Source of the DNA: Vulcanimicrobiota bacterium
GTDB lineage: Bacteria; Vulcanimicrobiota; Xenobia; Xenobiales; JADMJV01
Direction of reading: 5' to 3'
NCBI GenBank assembly: GCA_050250895.1
Contig: JBFWNU010000009.1
Coordinates: forward strand, 239,247 to 303,246
Length of the DNA stretch: 64,000 nt
How positions within the stretch are numbered: the stretch's first letter is position 1; each line of letters begins with the position of its first letter. The position numbers and the translations under genes are program-made. The notes beneath the pieces are model-generated. The model saw only the letters and a program-made list of their open reading frames with translations. It was not told the DNA's origin and ran no database searches. This document shows positions 9,046 to 19,743 of this stretch, in pieces.

Positions 9046-10194
9046 ATGGCCAGGCCGGAAGTTCAGATGGTCGATCTCAAGACCGAATACCAGCAGATCA
9101 AGGAAGAAGTGGATCAGGCCGTGCTTGCCTGTCTCGAGTCGACGGCCTTCATCAAAGGCCCCGATGTGGTCAGCTTCGAGGCTGAATTTGCCGAATATCT
9201 CGGCGTCAAGCACGTCATTAGCTGTGCCAACGGCACCGATGCCCTGCAACTGGCCCTGATGGCCCTTGAGCTCAAGCCGGGTGACGAAGTGATCGTGCCA
9301 GCCTTCACCTACGTAGCCACCGCCGAAGTCGTCTCTCTGTTGGGCTTGACGCCGGTCATGGTCGATGTCGACCCTGACACCTTCAACGTCGAGCGGGTTC
9401 ACGTCGAGCGGGCCATAACCCAGGCCACCAAAGCCATCGTACCGGTTCATCTCTTCGGCCAGTGTGTCGACATGGATCCGTTGCTCGAGGTAGCCAAAGA
9501 GCACGGAATTCCGGTCATCGAAGACACGGCCCAGGCCATCGGCGCCGACTATACGGGCGCCGACGGCGTGCCGCGCAAGGCCGGCACGATTGGCACCATC
9601 GGATGCACCTCGTTCTTCCCGACCAAAAACCTGGGATGTTATGGCGATGGCGGGGCCATCATGACCAATGACGACGAACTGGCCCATCGGCTGCGGATGA
9701 TCTCGAATCACGGGCAAGAGCGCAAGTATTATCACGATATCGTAGGCGTCAATTCTCGTCTAGATACCCTTCAGGCGGCCATTTTACGAATAAAGCTACG
9801 CCGCCTGAAAGAGTATGTGGCGGCCCGCCAGCGGGCGGCCGCCCACTATGACAAGGTCTTGGCCGACTGCCCCGGCATTCAGGCTCCGGCTCGCCATCCG
9901 CGCTCGAGCCACAGCTTCCACCAATACACGCTCAAAGTCGAACGTGAGCGGCGGGATGCCATGCAGGCCTACCTGCAAGAAAAGGGCGTGCCGACCAACG
10001 TCTACTATCCGCTGCCGCTGCATCATCAGAAGGCGTTTGCCGACCTGCGGGGTACCCAGCCGCTGACCGTCTCTGAGCAGCTGTCTGAAGAGGTGGTCTC
10101 CCTGCCCATGCACACCCAGTTGACCCAGGAACAGCTCGAGCACGTCACTTCGAATGTCGCTGAATACTGCACACGGGAGTTGGGGCGTGTCTGA
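9046..10194 (+). CDS. DegT/DnrJ/EryC1/StrS aminotransferase (WbpE-like)
   Basis: NGTDAL, EDTAQAIGA, SFFPTKNLGCYGDGG, NSRLDTLQAA. Confidence 0.95.
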   Translation: MARPEVQMVDLKTEYQQIKEEVDQAVLACLESTAFIKGPDVVSFEAEFAEYLGVKHVISCANGTDALQLALMALELKPGDEVIVPAFTYVATAEVVSLLGLTPVMVDVDPDTFNVERVHVERAITQATKAIVPVHLFGQCVDMDPLLEVAKEHGIPVIEDTAQAIGADYTGADGVPRKAGTIGTIGCTSFFPTKNLGCYGDGGAIMTNDDELAHRLRMISNHGQERKYYHDIVGVNSRLDTLQAAILRIKLRRLKEYVAARQRAAAHYDKVLADCPGIQAPARHPRSSHSFHQYTLKVERERRDAMQAYLQEKGVPTNVYYPLPLHHQKAFADLRGTQPLTVSEQLSEEVVSLPMHTQLTQEQLEHVTSNVAEYCTRELGRV

Positions 10195-11233
10195 ACGTCA
10201 TCACGGACCGGTCCGTTTTGCTATCGTTGGTTGTGGCCACATCGGAAAACGGCACGCTCAGATGGTGGTCGACCATCCCGAGGCCGAGCTGACCGCGCTG
10301 TGCGACATCCGTCCGCGCACCGAGTTGGCCCTCGAGCCGTTTGATGTTCCTTTCTATCACGATCTCGAAGACATGTTGGCCGAAGAATTCGACGTGCTGT
10401 GTGTCTGTACGCCCAACGGCTATCATGCCAGTCAGGCGCTCAAAGGCCTCGAAGCCCGCAGGCATGTCGTTTGCGAAAAACCTATGGGACTGACCCGGGC
10501 CGAGTGCGAAAACGTCATCTACAAGGCTCTCAACAAGTCGCGGCACGTGTTCTGCGTCATGCAGAATCGCTACTCTCCCCCCTCGGTCTGGCTCAAGGAT
10601 GTCATCGAAGAGGGTGTTCTGGGCGACATCTACATGGTTCAGCTCAACTGCTATTGGAACCGCGACGACCGCTACTATCGCCCGGACGGCAGGCCGCATC
10701 CCTGGAAAGGGAAACGCGCTCTTGACGGCGGCCCGTTGTACACGCAGTTTTCGCACTTCATCGATATCATGTACTGGCTCTTCGGCGATATCACCGACAT
10801 CCAGGCCCGCTTTGACAACTTCAATCATCACGACAACACCGAGTTCGAAGACTCGGGGCTGGTCAGCTTCAAGTTCGTCAACGGTGGTATCGGCTGCCTC
10901 AACTACTCGACCTCGGTCTGGGGCAGCAACCTCGAAAGCAGCCTGCAGGTCATCGGCAGCCGTGGCAGCCTCAAGGTCGGTGGACAGTATATGAACGCCG
11001 TCGAAACCTGCAATATCGAAAACTACCAGATGCCGGTGCTACCCGAAGGACAGCCGGCGAATCAGTACCAGGGCTACACCGGCTCGGCCGCCAACCATGT
11101 CTTCGTCATCGAGAACGTCATCGACGTCATTCGGGGACGCAAGACCATCACCACCAACGCCCTCGAGGGCCTGAAGGTGGTCGACATCATCGAGCGCATC
11201 TATGCGGTGAGGCCCGATTTCGTCAGGGTTTAG
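10187..11233 (+). CDS. Gfo/Idh/MocA oxidoreductase (WbpB-like UDP-GlcNAcA 3-dehydrogenase)
   Basis: FAIVGCGHIG, VCEKPM, QNRYSP, WNRDDRYY; GTG 10187 overlaps the DegT end. Confidence 0.88.
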   Translation: MSERHHGPVRFAIVGCGHIGKRHAQMVVDHPEAELTALCDIRPRTELALEPFDVPFYHDLEDMLAEEFDVLCVCTPNGYHASQALKGLEARRHVVCEKPMGLTRAECENVIYKALNKSRHVFCVMQNRYSPPSVWLKDVIEEGVLGDIYMVQLNCYWNRDDRYYRPDGRPHPWKGKRALDGGPLYTQFSHFIDIMYWLFGDITDIQARFDNFNHHDNTEFEDSGLVSFKFVNGGIGCLNYSTSVWGSNLESSLQVIGSRGSLKVGGQYMNAVETCNIENYQMPVLPEGQPANQYQGYTGSAANHVFVIENVIDVIRGRKTITTNALEGLKVVDIIERIYAVRPDFVRV

Positions 11234-12414
11234 TCGCCTACGATGACGGTCACGTCGGGCAAGCCCGCTCGGGCCGGCTCGTGCTCGATGGCTAGATCCC
11301 CCAGAAAGAGTTTGAGTTGCTTTTCTATACCGGGATGTTCGGTGCGCACGATAGCGGTGTTGCGGGTATAGACCCTCGCCCCGCCCAATCTCGAGCGCGA
11401 TAGGGCAAAGCCGGCTTGGTGCAGTTTGATGGCCACGGCGGCGCTGGCTCCGGGCACCTGGGTGCCGTTGACCACTTCGGTGTCGAGTTCTCCCAACGAC
11501 GGGTCGGGCACCAGGGTGAAGAGTTGGCGGACCAGATCGTGGGTCTCTTCTTCGTAGGGGATGAGATAGGCGATGTCGTCGATCCAGGCGTCACCACATG
11601 GCACCGTGCCCTTGCGAAGGCGAGAGAGGGGAAAGCTCCGATAGAGGTTGCCCAGGCCCATCATCTGTTCGGTGGTCAGGTCGGTCTCGAGGTTTTCACG
11701 AGCCAGCTCGGCGAACTGGGGAATTCGCTTGAGATTGGCTGGTTTCTTCAGCTCTCGTACCAGAGCGGTCAAGAACTGCTGCTGGCGCCGCATGCGGCCG
11801 AAGTCTCCTTCTTCGTCGTGGCGAAAGCGACAGTATCCCACCACCTGCTTGCCGTTGAGGCGCTGGGGGCCGGGCTCGAGATGCACGTGAAAATGGGCCC
11901 AGTTGTCGTCGTAGTGCATCTCTTTTTCGACCGTGAGCGGCACGCCGCCCAGGGTATCGACCAGTTTCGCGGCCGCATCGACCTTGACCAGGATATGGTG
12001 GTCGATCTTGATCCCCAGGAAATCCTCGACGGTGGCCCGGGCGGCCCACGGCCCGCCCAGGGCGAAGGCATCGTTGATCTTGGTGTATTGGCCAGCGGCC
12101 TCGACATAAACGCGGCTATCGCGCGGCACCGACAACATGGAAAGCGCACTGCCAAACCGGTCGACGCGAACCACCACGATCGTGTCCGAGCGTGCCCCCT
12201 TGGTGTAGCGGATCGCCCGGTTGGTGTAATTATAGTCCACGCCCAGCAGCAGGATATTCATGCTGGTGCGCTCGCCAAACGCCGCCTTGCCGGGGTCAAA
12301 AACGGCGGCGGTTACCGCCTCGCCCGTCTCGGAGCGCAAGAGAGCATAAGCCCCGATGGCCAGAAACACCACCCAGACAGCGCACAAAATCAAAAGCCAG
12401 CGCCATTGACGCAT
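11230..12414 (-). CDS. LCP (LytR-CpsA-Psr) family protein with LytR C-terminal domain
   Basis: NILLLGVD, RSDTI, SVPRDS, KINDA, RFRH..GDFGRMRRQQ; C-terminal VVNGT..G..DVTVIVG. Confidence 0.93.
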   Translation of the reverse strand: MRQWRWLLILCAVWVVFLAIGAYALLRSETGEAVTAAVFDPGKAAFGERTSMNILLLGVDYNYTNRAIRYTKGARSDTIVVVRVDRFGSALSMLSVPRDSRVYVEAAGQYTKINDAFALGGPWAARATVEDFLGIKIDHHILVKVDAAAKLVDTLGGVPLTVEKEMHYDDNWAHFHVHLEPGPQRLNGKQVVGYCRFRHDEEGDFGRMRRQQQFLTALVRELKKPANLKRIPQFAELARENLETDLTTEQMMGLGNLYRSFPLSRLRKGTVPCGDAWIDDIAYLIPYEEETHDLVRQLFTLVPDPSLGELDTEVVNGTQVPGASAAVAIKLHQAGFALSRSRLGGARVYTRNTAIVRTEHPGIEKQLKLFLGDLAIEHEPARAGLPDVTVIVGD

Positions 12415-12499
12415 GGGAACTAAGGTTCTGCTGCCCCGGGCTAGCTCCTCTCCGAAGGAGGCCTTGGTCTAATCGGCGAAACCTCGGCCAATTCAGGAG

Positions 12500-14008
12500 G
12501 TGGCCAAATCCATGACCCTAGCAAGTCCGAAAACCAAGAAGTTCACGAGCTATATCGGAGGGGAGTGGGTCGAGCCCGAGTCGGGCAAGTCGGTTCCCAA
12601 CATCAATCCCGCCAACGGCGAGTCGCTGGGCGACGTGATGCTGGCCAGCCGTGCCGACACCAAGCGAGCCATCGAACTGGCCGCCAAAGCCTTCCCCGGC
12701 TGGAAGGCCACGCCGGCACCAGTGCGAGGCAACTACTTCTTCAAAGTGGTCCGTCTGATGGAAGAGCGCCGCGAAGAGCTGGCTCGCGCCCTGACCCTGG
12801 AAGAGGGTAAGCTATACAAAGAAGCCCTGGGCGAGGTGCAAAAGACCATCAACATCGTCGAGTTCATCGCCGGCGAAGGCCGACGTATGAGCGGCGAGAC
12901 CACCCCGTCCGAGATGCCCAACACGTTTGCCTACACCATCAAGCAGCCCCTGGGCGTGGTTGGGCTCATCACTCCCTGGAACTTCCCGGTGGCGATTCCG
13001 ATGTGGAAAATCGCTCCCGCGCTGGTGGCGGGCAACACGGTGGTCTTGAAACCGGCCACCAACACCCCCTGGACAGCCAGCTTGCTGATGGAAATCATGC
13101 ACGACGCCGGCATTCCGGCCGGGGTCATCAACATGGTGGTGGGCAAGGGCAGCGAGGTGGGCGACGAGATCGTCAATAATCCCACCGTGCGGGCCCTCTC
13201 CTTCACGGGCTCGAACGAGGTCGGCCAGGGGCTCTACCTGCAGGGTGCCCAGCGTGGCGTCAAGGTCCAGTGCGAGATGGGCGGCAAAAACCCCATTGTG
13301 GTGCTGGAAGACGCCGATATCGACCTGGCCGTGGAAGCCACGGTGCAGGGCGCTTTCGGTTCGACCGGCCAGCGCTGTACCGCCACTTCGCGAGCTATCG
13401 TGGTCCATCAGATTGCTGATGAGTTCGTCGAGAAACTGGTGGCTCGGACCAAGAAGTTCGTAGTGGGTGACGGCATGAAGGACGGGGTCCATATGGGTCC
13501 TAGCGTCGATGAGGGCCAGATGAACACCGTGCTCGAGGGGATCGAGAAAGCCAAAGAATCTAAGGCGAAGCTGCTCTTGGGCGGCGGCCGCCTAACCGAT
13601 GGCGAGTTTTCCAAAGGCTATTTCATCCAGCCCACTCTCTTCGACCATGTGAGCCGCGACGATTTTCTGGCCAACGAAGAGCTCTTCGGCCCGGTGCTGG
13701 CGGTCATTCGCGTCAAAGACCTGCACGAGGCGCTCGAAGTGGCCAACTCGGTGCGCTACGGTCTGTCGTCTTCGATCTACACCTATGACACCAACCGGGT
13801 CTTCCGCTTCATCGACGAAATCGAGACGGGGATCACCCACGTCAACTCACCCACTATGGGCGGCGAAGCCCAACTGCCCTTCGGCGGCGTGAAAGCCACC
13901 GGTGTGGGCACCCGCGAGCAGGGCAAGGTGGCCATCGACTTCTTTACCGAACTCAAGACCGTTTACGTCGACTACACCGGCGAAAAGCGCGAAACCAACA
14001 TTTACTAG
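12500..14008 (+). CDS. Aldehyde dehydrogenase (KGSADH/GucD-like)
   Basis: ITPWNFP, FTGS, EMGGKNP, GQRCTA, EELFGP. Confidence 0.93.
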   Translation: MAKSMTLASPKTKKFTSYIGGEWVEPESGKSVPNINPANGESLGDVMLASRADTKRAIELAAKAFPGWKATPAPVRGNYFFKVVRLMEERREELARALTLEEGKLYKEALGEVQKTINIVEFIAGEGRRMSGETTPSEMPNTFAYTIKQPLGVVGLITPWNFPVAIPMWKIAPALVAGNTVVLKPATNTPWTASLLMEIMHDAGIPAGVINMVVGKGSEVGDEIVNNPTVRALSFTGSNEVGQGLYLQGAQRGVKVQCEMGGKNPIVVLEDADIDLAVEATVQGAFGSTGQRCTATSRAIVVHQIADEFVEKLVARTKKFVVGDGMKDGVHMGPSVDEGQMNTVLEGIEKAKESKAKLLLGGGRLTDGEFSKGYFIQPTLFDHVSRDDFLANEELFGPVLAVIRVKDLHEALEVANSVRYGLSSSIYTYDTNRVFRFIDEIETGITHVNSPTMGGEAQLPFGGVKATGVGTREQGKVAIDFFTELKTVYVDYTGEKRETNIY

Positions 14009-14901
14009 TGACCCAAACGCCCCCACGCCGGCACCAGAGCGGGCAGCCGCTCAGTCCGGCCATGGAAGACTATCTTAAGACCATTTACCTCATCACCCGC
14101 GACGAGGACAAGGTGACGACCCAGTCGTTGGCTGAGCGGCTCGAGGTGTCGCCCGCCTCGGTGACCAACATGCTCAAGCGATTGTCGGAACTGCAGTTGG
14201 TCGACTACACGAAGTACAAGCCGGTCGAACTGACTGACGCCGGACGCAAGGTGGCCATGGAGATGATCCGCCACCATCGGTTGCTCGAACTCTATCTGAC
14301 CGAGGCGCTGGGCTTCTCGTGGGACGAGGTCCACGCCGAGGCAGAATTGCTAGAACACTTCATCTCGGAGAAGCTCGAGGCCAAAATCGATGAAGCTTTG
14401 GGCTTTCCGTCGCATGACCCCCACGGCTCGCCGATACCTACCCTCGACGGCGAAATCTCGGCCCGGCCTTCGGGCCTGCTCTCAGAACAGAGTGCTGGCC
14501 AACTGGTGGAAGTGATTCAAGTGGTCGACACCGCCGCCGAGATGCTGCGCCGCCTGGAAGAAGTCGGAATCGTGCCGGGGGTGACCATCCGGGTGCTGGG
14601 CATGCCAGAGGGCGGTTCGGCTCATTTGCGCGTCGGAGTGACCGAGCGCCTGCTCGAACCCGACCTGTGCGCCTATGTCAGGGTTGGGCCGGTGGAAGCC
14701 GAATGGGGGTCTCGCCTGTGCGCTAACGACTTGCCGACGGGTAGCCGCGCCGTGGTCGTTAGAGTTCGCGCCCAACTGGAAGCCTCGGGCTTCAAGCTAG
14801 GCGCCAGCGTCGAGCGCGACCAGGACGCATTCCTGGTCGACGGAGAGGCTATTCCTCTGACGCCGACTCAGGCTCGCTGGTTGGTGGTGGAGCTTCGCTG
14901 A
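14008..14901 (+). CDS. DtxR/MntR metal-dependent repressor with FeoA-like C-terminus
   Basis: EDYLKTIY, SVTNMLKRL, RHHRLLELYL, EAELLEH, DPHGSPIP. Confidence 0.92.
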   Translation: MTQTPPRRHQSGQPLSPAMEDYLKTIYLITRDEDKVTTQSLAERLEVSPASVTNMLKRLSELQLVDYTKYKPVELTDAGRKVAMEMIRHHRLLELYLTEALGFSWDEVHAEAELLEHFISEKLEAKIDEALGFPSHDPHGSPIPTLDGEISARPSGLLSEQSAGQLVEVIQVVDTAAEMLRRLEEVGIVPGVTIRVLGMPEGGSAHLRVGVTERLLEPDLCAYVRVGPVEAEWGSRLCANDLPTGSRAVVVRVRAQLEASGFKLGASVERDQDAFLVDGEAIPLTPTQARWLVVELR

Positions 14902-15235
14902 CGACCTCCGGCGGGTCGGGCACGCCGAAGCCGGCGTCGACCCCTGAGACCACCCACAATAATGCCGACAGCGCCAGCGCGCCGAGAATCTTCGGCAGCA
15001 GACCGGTAATGGGTGCGAAATCCAGGGTAGTGGTGAGGGTGTCATAGAAGGTCTTGATGTTGCTCAGAGTGACGAAGAGAAAGCCGCCGAACGTCAGCGA
15101 GAACGAGGTGATGAAGAAGTAGGCTTTGCCGCGCTGCCCGTTGACCCATTGACCGGCCCCGGGATAGACCAATAGCGACAGGGCCACCGCTTTGGCAACC
15201 CGGTTTGACTTGGTGTCTATTTGTGGCTCCCCCAT
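14849..15235 (-). CDS. Small membrane protein
   Basis: A.ALSLLVYPGAGQW.NGQ.GK motif and 2-3 TM segments. Confidence 0.7.
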   Translation of the reverse strand: MGEPQIDTKSNRVAKAVALSLLVYPGAGQWVNGQRGKAYFFITSFSLTFGGFLFVTLSNIKTFYDTLTTTLDFAPITGLLPKILGALALSALLWVVSGVDAGFGVPDPPEVVSEAPPPTSEPESASEE

Positions 15236-15324
15236 GTTAGAAGAGTTGGCTGAAACTGGGCGTTCCCCTCTAAGGCCGGTAGAGCCCGCGTTTAAAATAC
15301 GGGTTCAACGGGAATGCGGGGGGG

Positions 15325-16362
15325 GTGAAGCCTGTCAGGATGGCGGTCGTTGGTCTCGGCTATTGGGGACCGAACCTGGCCCGAAACATTTCCATCTGCC
15401 CCAACACGACTCTGACTTATCTGGTCGAACTCGACCCGGAGCGCTTGGCTCGTAATGCCCGGCTCTATCCGGCCGCCAATGCTATATCCGACCTGGAACA
15501 GGCCCTCAACGACCCAGAACTCGAGGTGGTGGCCATCGCCACTCCGGTAGAGTCCCATTATCCTCTGGCCAAAGCCTGCTTAGAGGCCGGCAAGCACGTT
15601 CTCGTGGAAAAACCGATGACGAAGTCGGTGGCCGAGGCCGAGGAGTTGGTCGCGCTCGCCGGGCGCAAATCTCTCAAACTGATGGTCGACCACACCTATA
15701 ATTACACCTCGGCCGTGCAGAAGATTCGCGAAATCGTGAGGAACGGAGAGCTTGGTGACATTCTCTATTGGGACTCGGTGCGGATCAACCTGGGTCTGTT
15801 CAACCACGACGTCAACGTGGTCTGGGACCTGGCTCCCCATGACCTGGCCGTGCTTGATTACGTATTGGGTGAGAGCCCCGTATCCCTTCAAGCCAAAGGC
15901 GTAGCACACTATGCGGACAAGTTGGAAAACATCGCCTATCTTACTCTGAACTTTGAAAGTCACCCGATCGCCCATTTTCACTTCAACTGGTTGGCGCCGG
16001 TCAAGGTACGCACCACCATGATCGGCGGCACCCGGAAAATGATCGTTTACGACGACATGGAGCCCTCCGAGAAGGTGAAAGTCTATGACAAGGGAGTGGA
16101 TCTCAACGGTGGGGACGCCGGGCGCTATACCACCCTCGTCCAATACCGTGTGGGGGACATGTACGCTCCGCACATCGCCAACATAGAGGCCCTTCAGGTA
16201 GAGATCGCCCATGTGGCCCGGGTCATTCGGGGCGAAGAAGAACCCCTGACGAGTGGTGAACTGGGGCTACGAGTCGTCAGAATTCTCGAAGCCGCCCAGC
16301 GAAGCATCGAACGCAACGGTGAAACCGTCCATTTGCAACCGCTTACGACCGCAACCCACTAG
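15325..16362 (+). CDS. Gfo/Idh/MocA oxidoreductase
   Basis: VVGLGYWG, LVEKPM, WDLAPHD. Confidence 0.92.
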   Translation: MKPVRMAVVGLGYWGPNLARNISICPNTTLTYLVELDPERLARNARLYPAANAISDLEQALNDPELEVVAIATPVESHYPLAKACLEAGKHVLVEKPMTKSVAEAEELVALAGRKSLKLMVDHTYNYTSAVQKIREIVRNGELGDILYWDSVRINLGLFNHDVNVVWDLAPHDLAVLDYVLGESPVSLQAKGVAHYADKLENIAYLTLNFESHPIAHFHFNWLAPVKVRTTMIGGTRKMIVYDDMEPSEKVKVYDKGVDLNGGDAGRYTTLVQYRVGDMYAPHIANIEALQVEIAHVARVIRGEEEPLTSGELGLRVVRILEAAQRSIERNGETVHLQPLTTATH

Positions 16363-16398
16363 CGGCGAGTAACCAACCTTTTGAAAAGGAGTCCTGCG

Positions 16399-16887
16399 AT
16401 GCCCATCGCTGAGTCTGTCACCCTCGGAAATAATGTCGCCATCCCCCAACCCGACCTGGTCAACCTCTATGGCTGTAGTATTGGTGACGGCAGCAAGATC
16501 GGTGCCTTTGTCGAGATTCAAAAGAACGCCTACATCGGCGCACGCTGCAAAGTCAGTTCACACTCTTTCCTTTGCGAGGGCGTGACCATTGAGGACGAGG
16601 TGTTCATAGGTCATGGCGTCATGTTCATCAACGATAAATACCCCCGTGCCACCAACGAAGACGGCTCGCTTCAGACCGAGGAGCATTGGAGCGCGCTCGC
16701 CACCCAGGTGAAGCGGCGAGCGTCGATAGGGACCAACGCCACGATCTCGGGCGGTATCACCATCGGCGAAGGTGCCATTGTCGGCGCTGGAGCGATGGTT
16801 ACCCGCGATGTACCAGACTATGCCGTCGTAGCTGGGGTACCTGCCAAGATTATCGGCAATGTATGGTCCACCAATAAGACACTGTAG
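16399..16887 (+). CDS. Hexapeptide-repeat sugar N-acetyltransferase (WbpD-like)
   Basis: VNLYGCSIG, FINDKYPRA, VAGVPAK; AGGAG RBS. Confidence 0.9.
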   Translation: MPIAESVTLGNNVAIPQPDLVNLYGCSIGDGSKIGAFVEIQKNAYIGARCKVSSHSFLCEGVTIEDEVFIGHGVMFINDKYPRATNEDGSLQTEEHWSALATQVKRRASIGTNATISGGITIGEGAIVGAGAMVTRDVPDYAVVAGVPAKIIGNVWSTNKTL

Positions 16888-16965
16888 TCCTGACCAAATC
16901 TTGACAGGGAAGCGTTATCCTCCATTGAAGAAGCGGCGCGGCACCCCGTTCAACGAGGAGGCAGT

Positions 16966-18111
16966 GTGAGAATCCTGTATTTGACCACGTTGATGTCCAC
17001 AGGCGGCATCGAAAGAAACCTGATTCGCTTATGTCAAGAACTTACGAAGCGGGGCCACGATGTCCATTTAGGATCGGCCAAAGGCAGCCTGGTCAAGGAG
17101 TTTGAGGAGGCTGGGGGTAGACACTATGATCTGTTCGCCAGAACCAAGCTGGGATTGGTGGGGCGACTCTTGGAAACCGTCAGGGCCGCTCCCCGATTGC
17201 TTCGCTTGCTCAAGAGCCTGCAACCTGATGTCGTCCACACGCAATCGGCTCTGACCAACGCGACCCTTTTTGCCATCAGTCCTTTCTGGCCCGCTCGCAA
17301 AAGAACACCCATCATTTCAAGCGTAATGGGCCTCGAAGACCGACCGGGGGAGTCCAAGTTCGTCGTTCAACTTCGCAATTTCTTCCTCACCATGGGAGTG
17401 GATCGGACTCTAATCATTGCACCCGCGATCCAGGCCTTCCTCGAACAGCTACCCATTCCGCCAGAACGAATGGTTTGGCGGGATGTAGTAGGAATTGAGG
17501 TCCCCAGACTGGAGGCAGAACGAGTGGAAAAGGTTCGTCGCGCACTTGGTGTTTTGCCCGGCGAAAAAGCGGTGATTACGGTGGGCGCTCTTGCGCCCCG
17601 CAAGAGCCACGAACTCTTTATTGACACTGCGGCCATCATTTGTCGCCGACGCAAAGACGTCAAGTTCTTTATCGCCGGAGACGGCTGGAGAAGGGACGAA
17701 CACGCCCGCCATATCAAAGCCCTGGGCTTGAAGGGGAGTATAAGACTACTAGGTGTCCGCAAGGACATCCTCGATGTCATCGCCGCTTGCGATGTTTTGG
17801 TCAAGCCCGGCATTGTGGAAGGGTTCATCGGCATCACGGTCCTCGAAGCGCAGTCACTCAAAGTGCCTACCGCTGCATTTGAAACCGAAGATGTAAAGCT
17901 GGCCATCGTCAACGGAGAGACCGGTCTGACCGTGCCCAAGAAAGACATTCACGGAATGGCTGAAGCCATCACCAGGTTGCTGGAAGACTCTGACCTGCGC
18001 CACAAGGTCGTAGAGGCTGGATATCAAAGAGTCTGCGAACGTTTTTCCATCGAAAGCGTAGTGGACGGCCTGGTAGAGCAATACGAGCAAGAACGAGCGT
18101 TGCGACACTAA
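16966..18111 (+). CDS. Glycosyltransferase family 4
   Basis: GGIER, VGALAPRKS, EGFIGITVLEA. Confidence 0.9.
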   Translation: MRILYLTTLMSTGGIERNLIRLCQELTKRGHDVHLGSAKGSLVKEFEEAGGRHYDLFARTKLGLVGRLLETVRAAPRLLRLLKSLQPDVVHTQSALTNATLFAISPFWPARKRTPIISSVMGLEDRPGESKFVVQLRNFFLTMGVDRTLIIAPAIQAFLEQLPIPPERMVWRDVVGIEVPRLEAERVEKVRRALGVLPGEKAVITVGALAPRKSHELFIDTAAIICRRRKDVKFFIAGDGWRRDEHARHIKALGLKGSIRLLGVRKDILDVIAACDVLVKPGIVEGFIGITVLEAQSLKVPTAAFETEDVKLAIVNGETGLTVPKKDIHGMAEAITRLLEDSDLRHKVVEAGYQRVCERFSIESVVDGLVEQYEQERALRH

Positions 18112-19446
18112 CTAGAGCAGGCGACCATAAGCCTCGCGCTCCGTGGCCACGAGCTTCTCCAGGTCCATGTGGTCGAGCATCTTCTCTCGCAGGCGTCTCC
18201 CACAAGTTCGGGCATAGTCCTGGTCTTCGAGCAACTTTCGGGCCCCTTCAGCCATCGCCTCAATATCATCGACCGGTACCAGCTCGCCTGTCATACCCGT
18301 TATGATCACATCGCTGTGCCAATCGACATCATAAGCCACGACGGGCACGCCAGCCAGTGCTGTCTCTGTGAGCGCCCTACCCGCAAGCGGGGAAAGCATG
18401 GCACTAGCCCCCGGCAGCACCTCCGCTAACCACTCCTGAGAACGATTTCCGGCGAATAATACCAGCTCATCGACGTCGAGTTCCTCGGCGCGAGCCTGCA
18501 TCTGCTCGCGGAGCTCGCCGTCGCCCACAATTAGAAGCGAGCAATCCACTCCCCACTGCCTGAGTCGACCCATGACTTCGACCAGGTCACTGGACTTCTT
18601 GACGGGCGTGAGGCGCCCGACGGCCACGACGAAGCGGCCACGAAGGGTTGCAAACTCGCCGAGATCGGGTGCAGGTCGGGCATCGGGCGGGCTGTAGTGC
18701 ATCGGGTGGATCGCAATACCATAAGGAAAAACGACCGTCCGACGAGGATCAGCGCCGTTTTGGATCGCGAAGTCGAGATAGTCCTGGGTCGCACCGGCTA
18801 CCAGATCCACTCGAGGAATCGTTTGCCGTTGAACCCACTGCTCAAGCTCGATGCTTGGGAACAATCGGGGCTGGACCGGCCGACCTGTCATCTCTCGAAC
18901 CCGGTCGTAGTGGGCGCCAAGGCGCAGGGCCACTGGAATACCGTTGGTGCGGGCCAGGATCAGACCTAGAAAACTTAGAAAATAAGGGTCTCCGGAGCGA
19001 ATCACCGAGATTCCCTCGCAGCGAATAACCCGATCAAGTCGGGCCAACAGAGCCGTCTGGCTCAAGAGAAAGTTGAAGAGCTGAAAGCCGGCCAAAACTC
19101 TTAACAGGCCGAGCTTTCCCTCAATGACCACATGTCGATCACTCAGAGGCGTGACGGTCGGTCCTCCAAAGGCGTCTTCAGGGTTGTCAGGAGTGATCAC
19201 CGTGGCGACGGGATGGCAAAACCAAACCTTCTCGAAAAAGCCGCCCAGGTCGTGGCAGGTGACAAAGACCTCGAGCTTGCGGCGCTGAATAATCTCGAGA
19301 GTATAGGCCATGTCGAAAACCAGAATCCGCCGACCGGGAGCATCCTTGCGCGGGCAAGTGAGCCGGTTGACGAGCAGTACTAGACCCACCAACGGCAGCG
19401 CAGCCAGAGTAGCCAAAAGGTCAAGGAGCAACAGCAGGTTCTTCAT
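18112..19446 (-). CDS. Glycosyltransferase family 4 with N-terminal TM
   Basis: VGRLTPVKK, VGDGELR, ETALAGVPVV; start taken at MKNLLLL. Confidence 0.85.
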   Translation of the reverse strand: MKNLLLLLDLLATLAALPLVGLVLLVNRLTCPRKDAPGRRILVFDMAYTLEIIQRRKLEVFVTCHDLGGFFEKVWFCHPVATVITPDNPEDAFGGPTVTPLSDRHVVIEGKLGLLRVLAGFQLFNFLLSQTALLARLDRVIRCEGISVIRSGDPYFLSFLGLILARTNGIPVALRLGAHYDRVREMTGRPVQPRLFPSIELEQWVQRQTIPRVDLVAGATQDYLDFAIQNGADPRRTVVFPYGIAIHPMHYSPPDARPAPDLGEFATLRGRFVVAVGRLTPVKKSSDLVEVMGRLRQWGVDCSLLIVGDGELREQMQARAEELDVDELVLFAGNRSQEWLAEVLPGASAMLSPLAGRALTETALAGVPVVAYDVDWHSDVIITGMTGELVPVDDIEAMAEGARKLLEDQDYARTCGRRLREKMLDHMDLEKLVATEREAYGRLL

Positions 19447-19450
19447 CAGC

Positions 19451-19684
19451 TCAGTCGGACTGGGGTGCGAGGGCAAACTCGCGAACCTGACCGTGGTCAC
19501 GCAATTGCTGCGCCACGGAATTCTCTGCGATATAGACCAGAACCGGCGTTGCGCCAGCCGAGCCGTTACTGACAGCAACACATTGGCCTGTGCCGGTATC
19601 GGCGGCAAGCTCTGTCTCGAACGCTTCGACATCGGCCCGGACGGCTTTCCATTGTGATGGCATGTCACAAAACGGAACTGTCAC
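19451..19684 (-). pseudogene. Multiply deleted DegT-family aminotransferase relic
   Basis: GGAAGGA RBS + GTG; VPFCDM..W / VEAFETELA..CVAVSNGS / GATPVLV / QLRDHGQ are DegT motifs joined in their native order in 77 aa. Confidence 0.75.
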
Positions 19685-19743
19685 GGTAGTCCTTCCAAAA
19701 TTGGACGCGGTTTGGCCATAGGCGCGCATTCTCCTGCCTTTCT

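Noticed and set aside
4433-13492. Long antisense ORFs (e.g. 4433-5305, 6190-6951, 8962-9735, 11416-12423, 12812-13492)
   Set aside because: Shadow ORFs opposite well-supported genes, as expected with high GC3 codon bias
16901-16921. Sigma70 promoter at TTGACA (also at 41772)
   Set aside because: No convincing -10 box at 16-18 bp spacing
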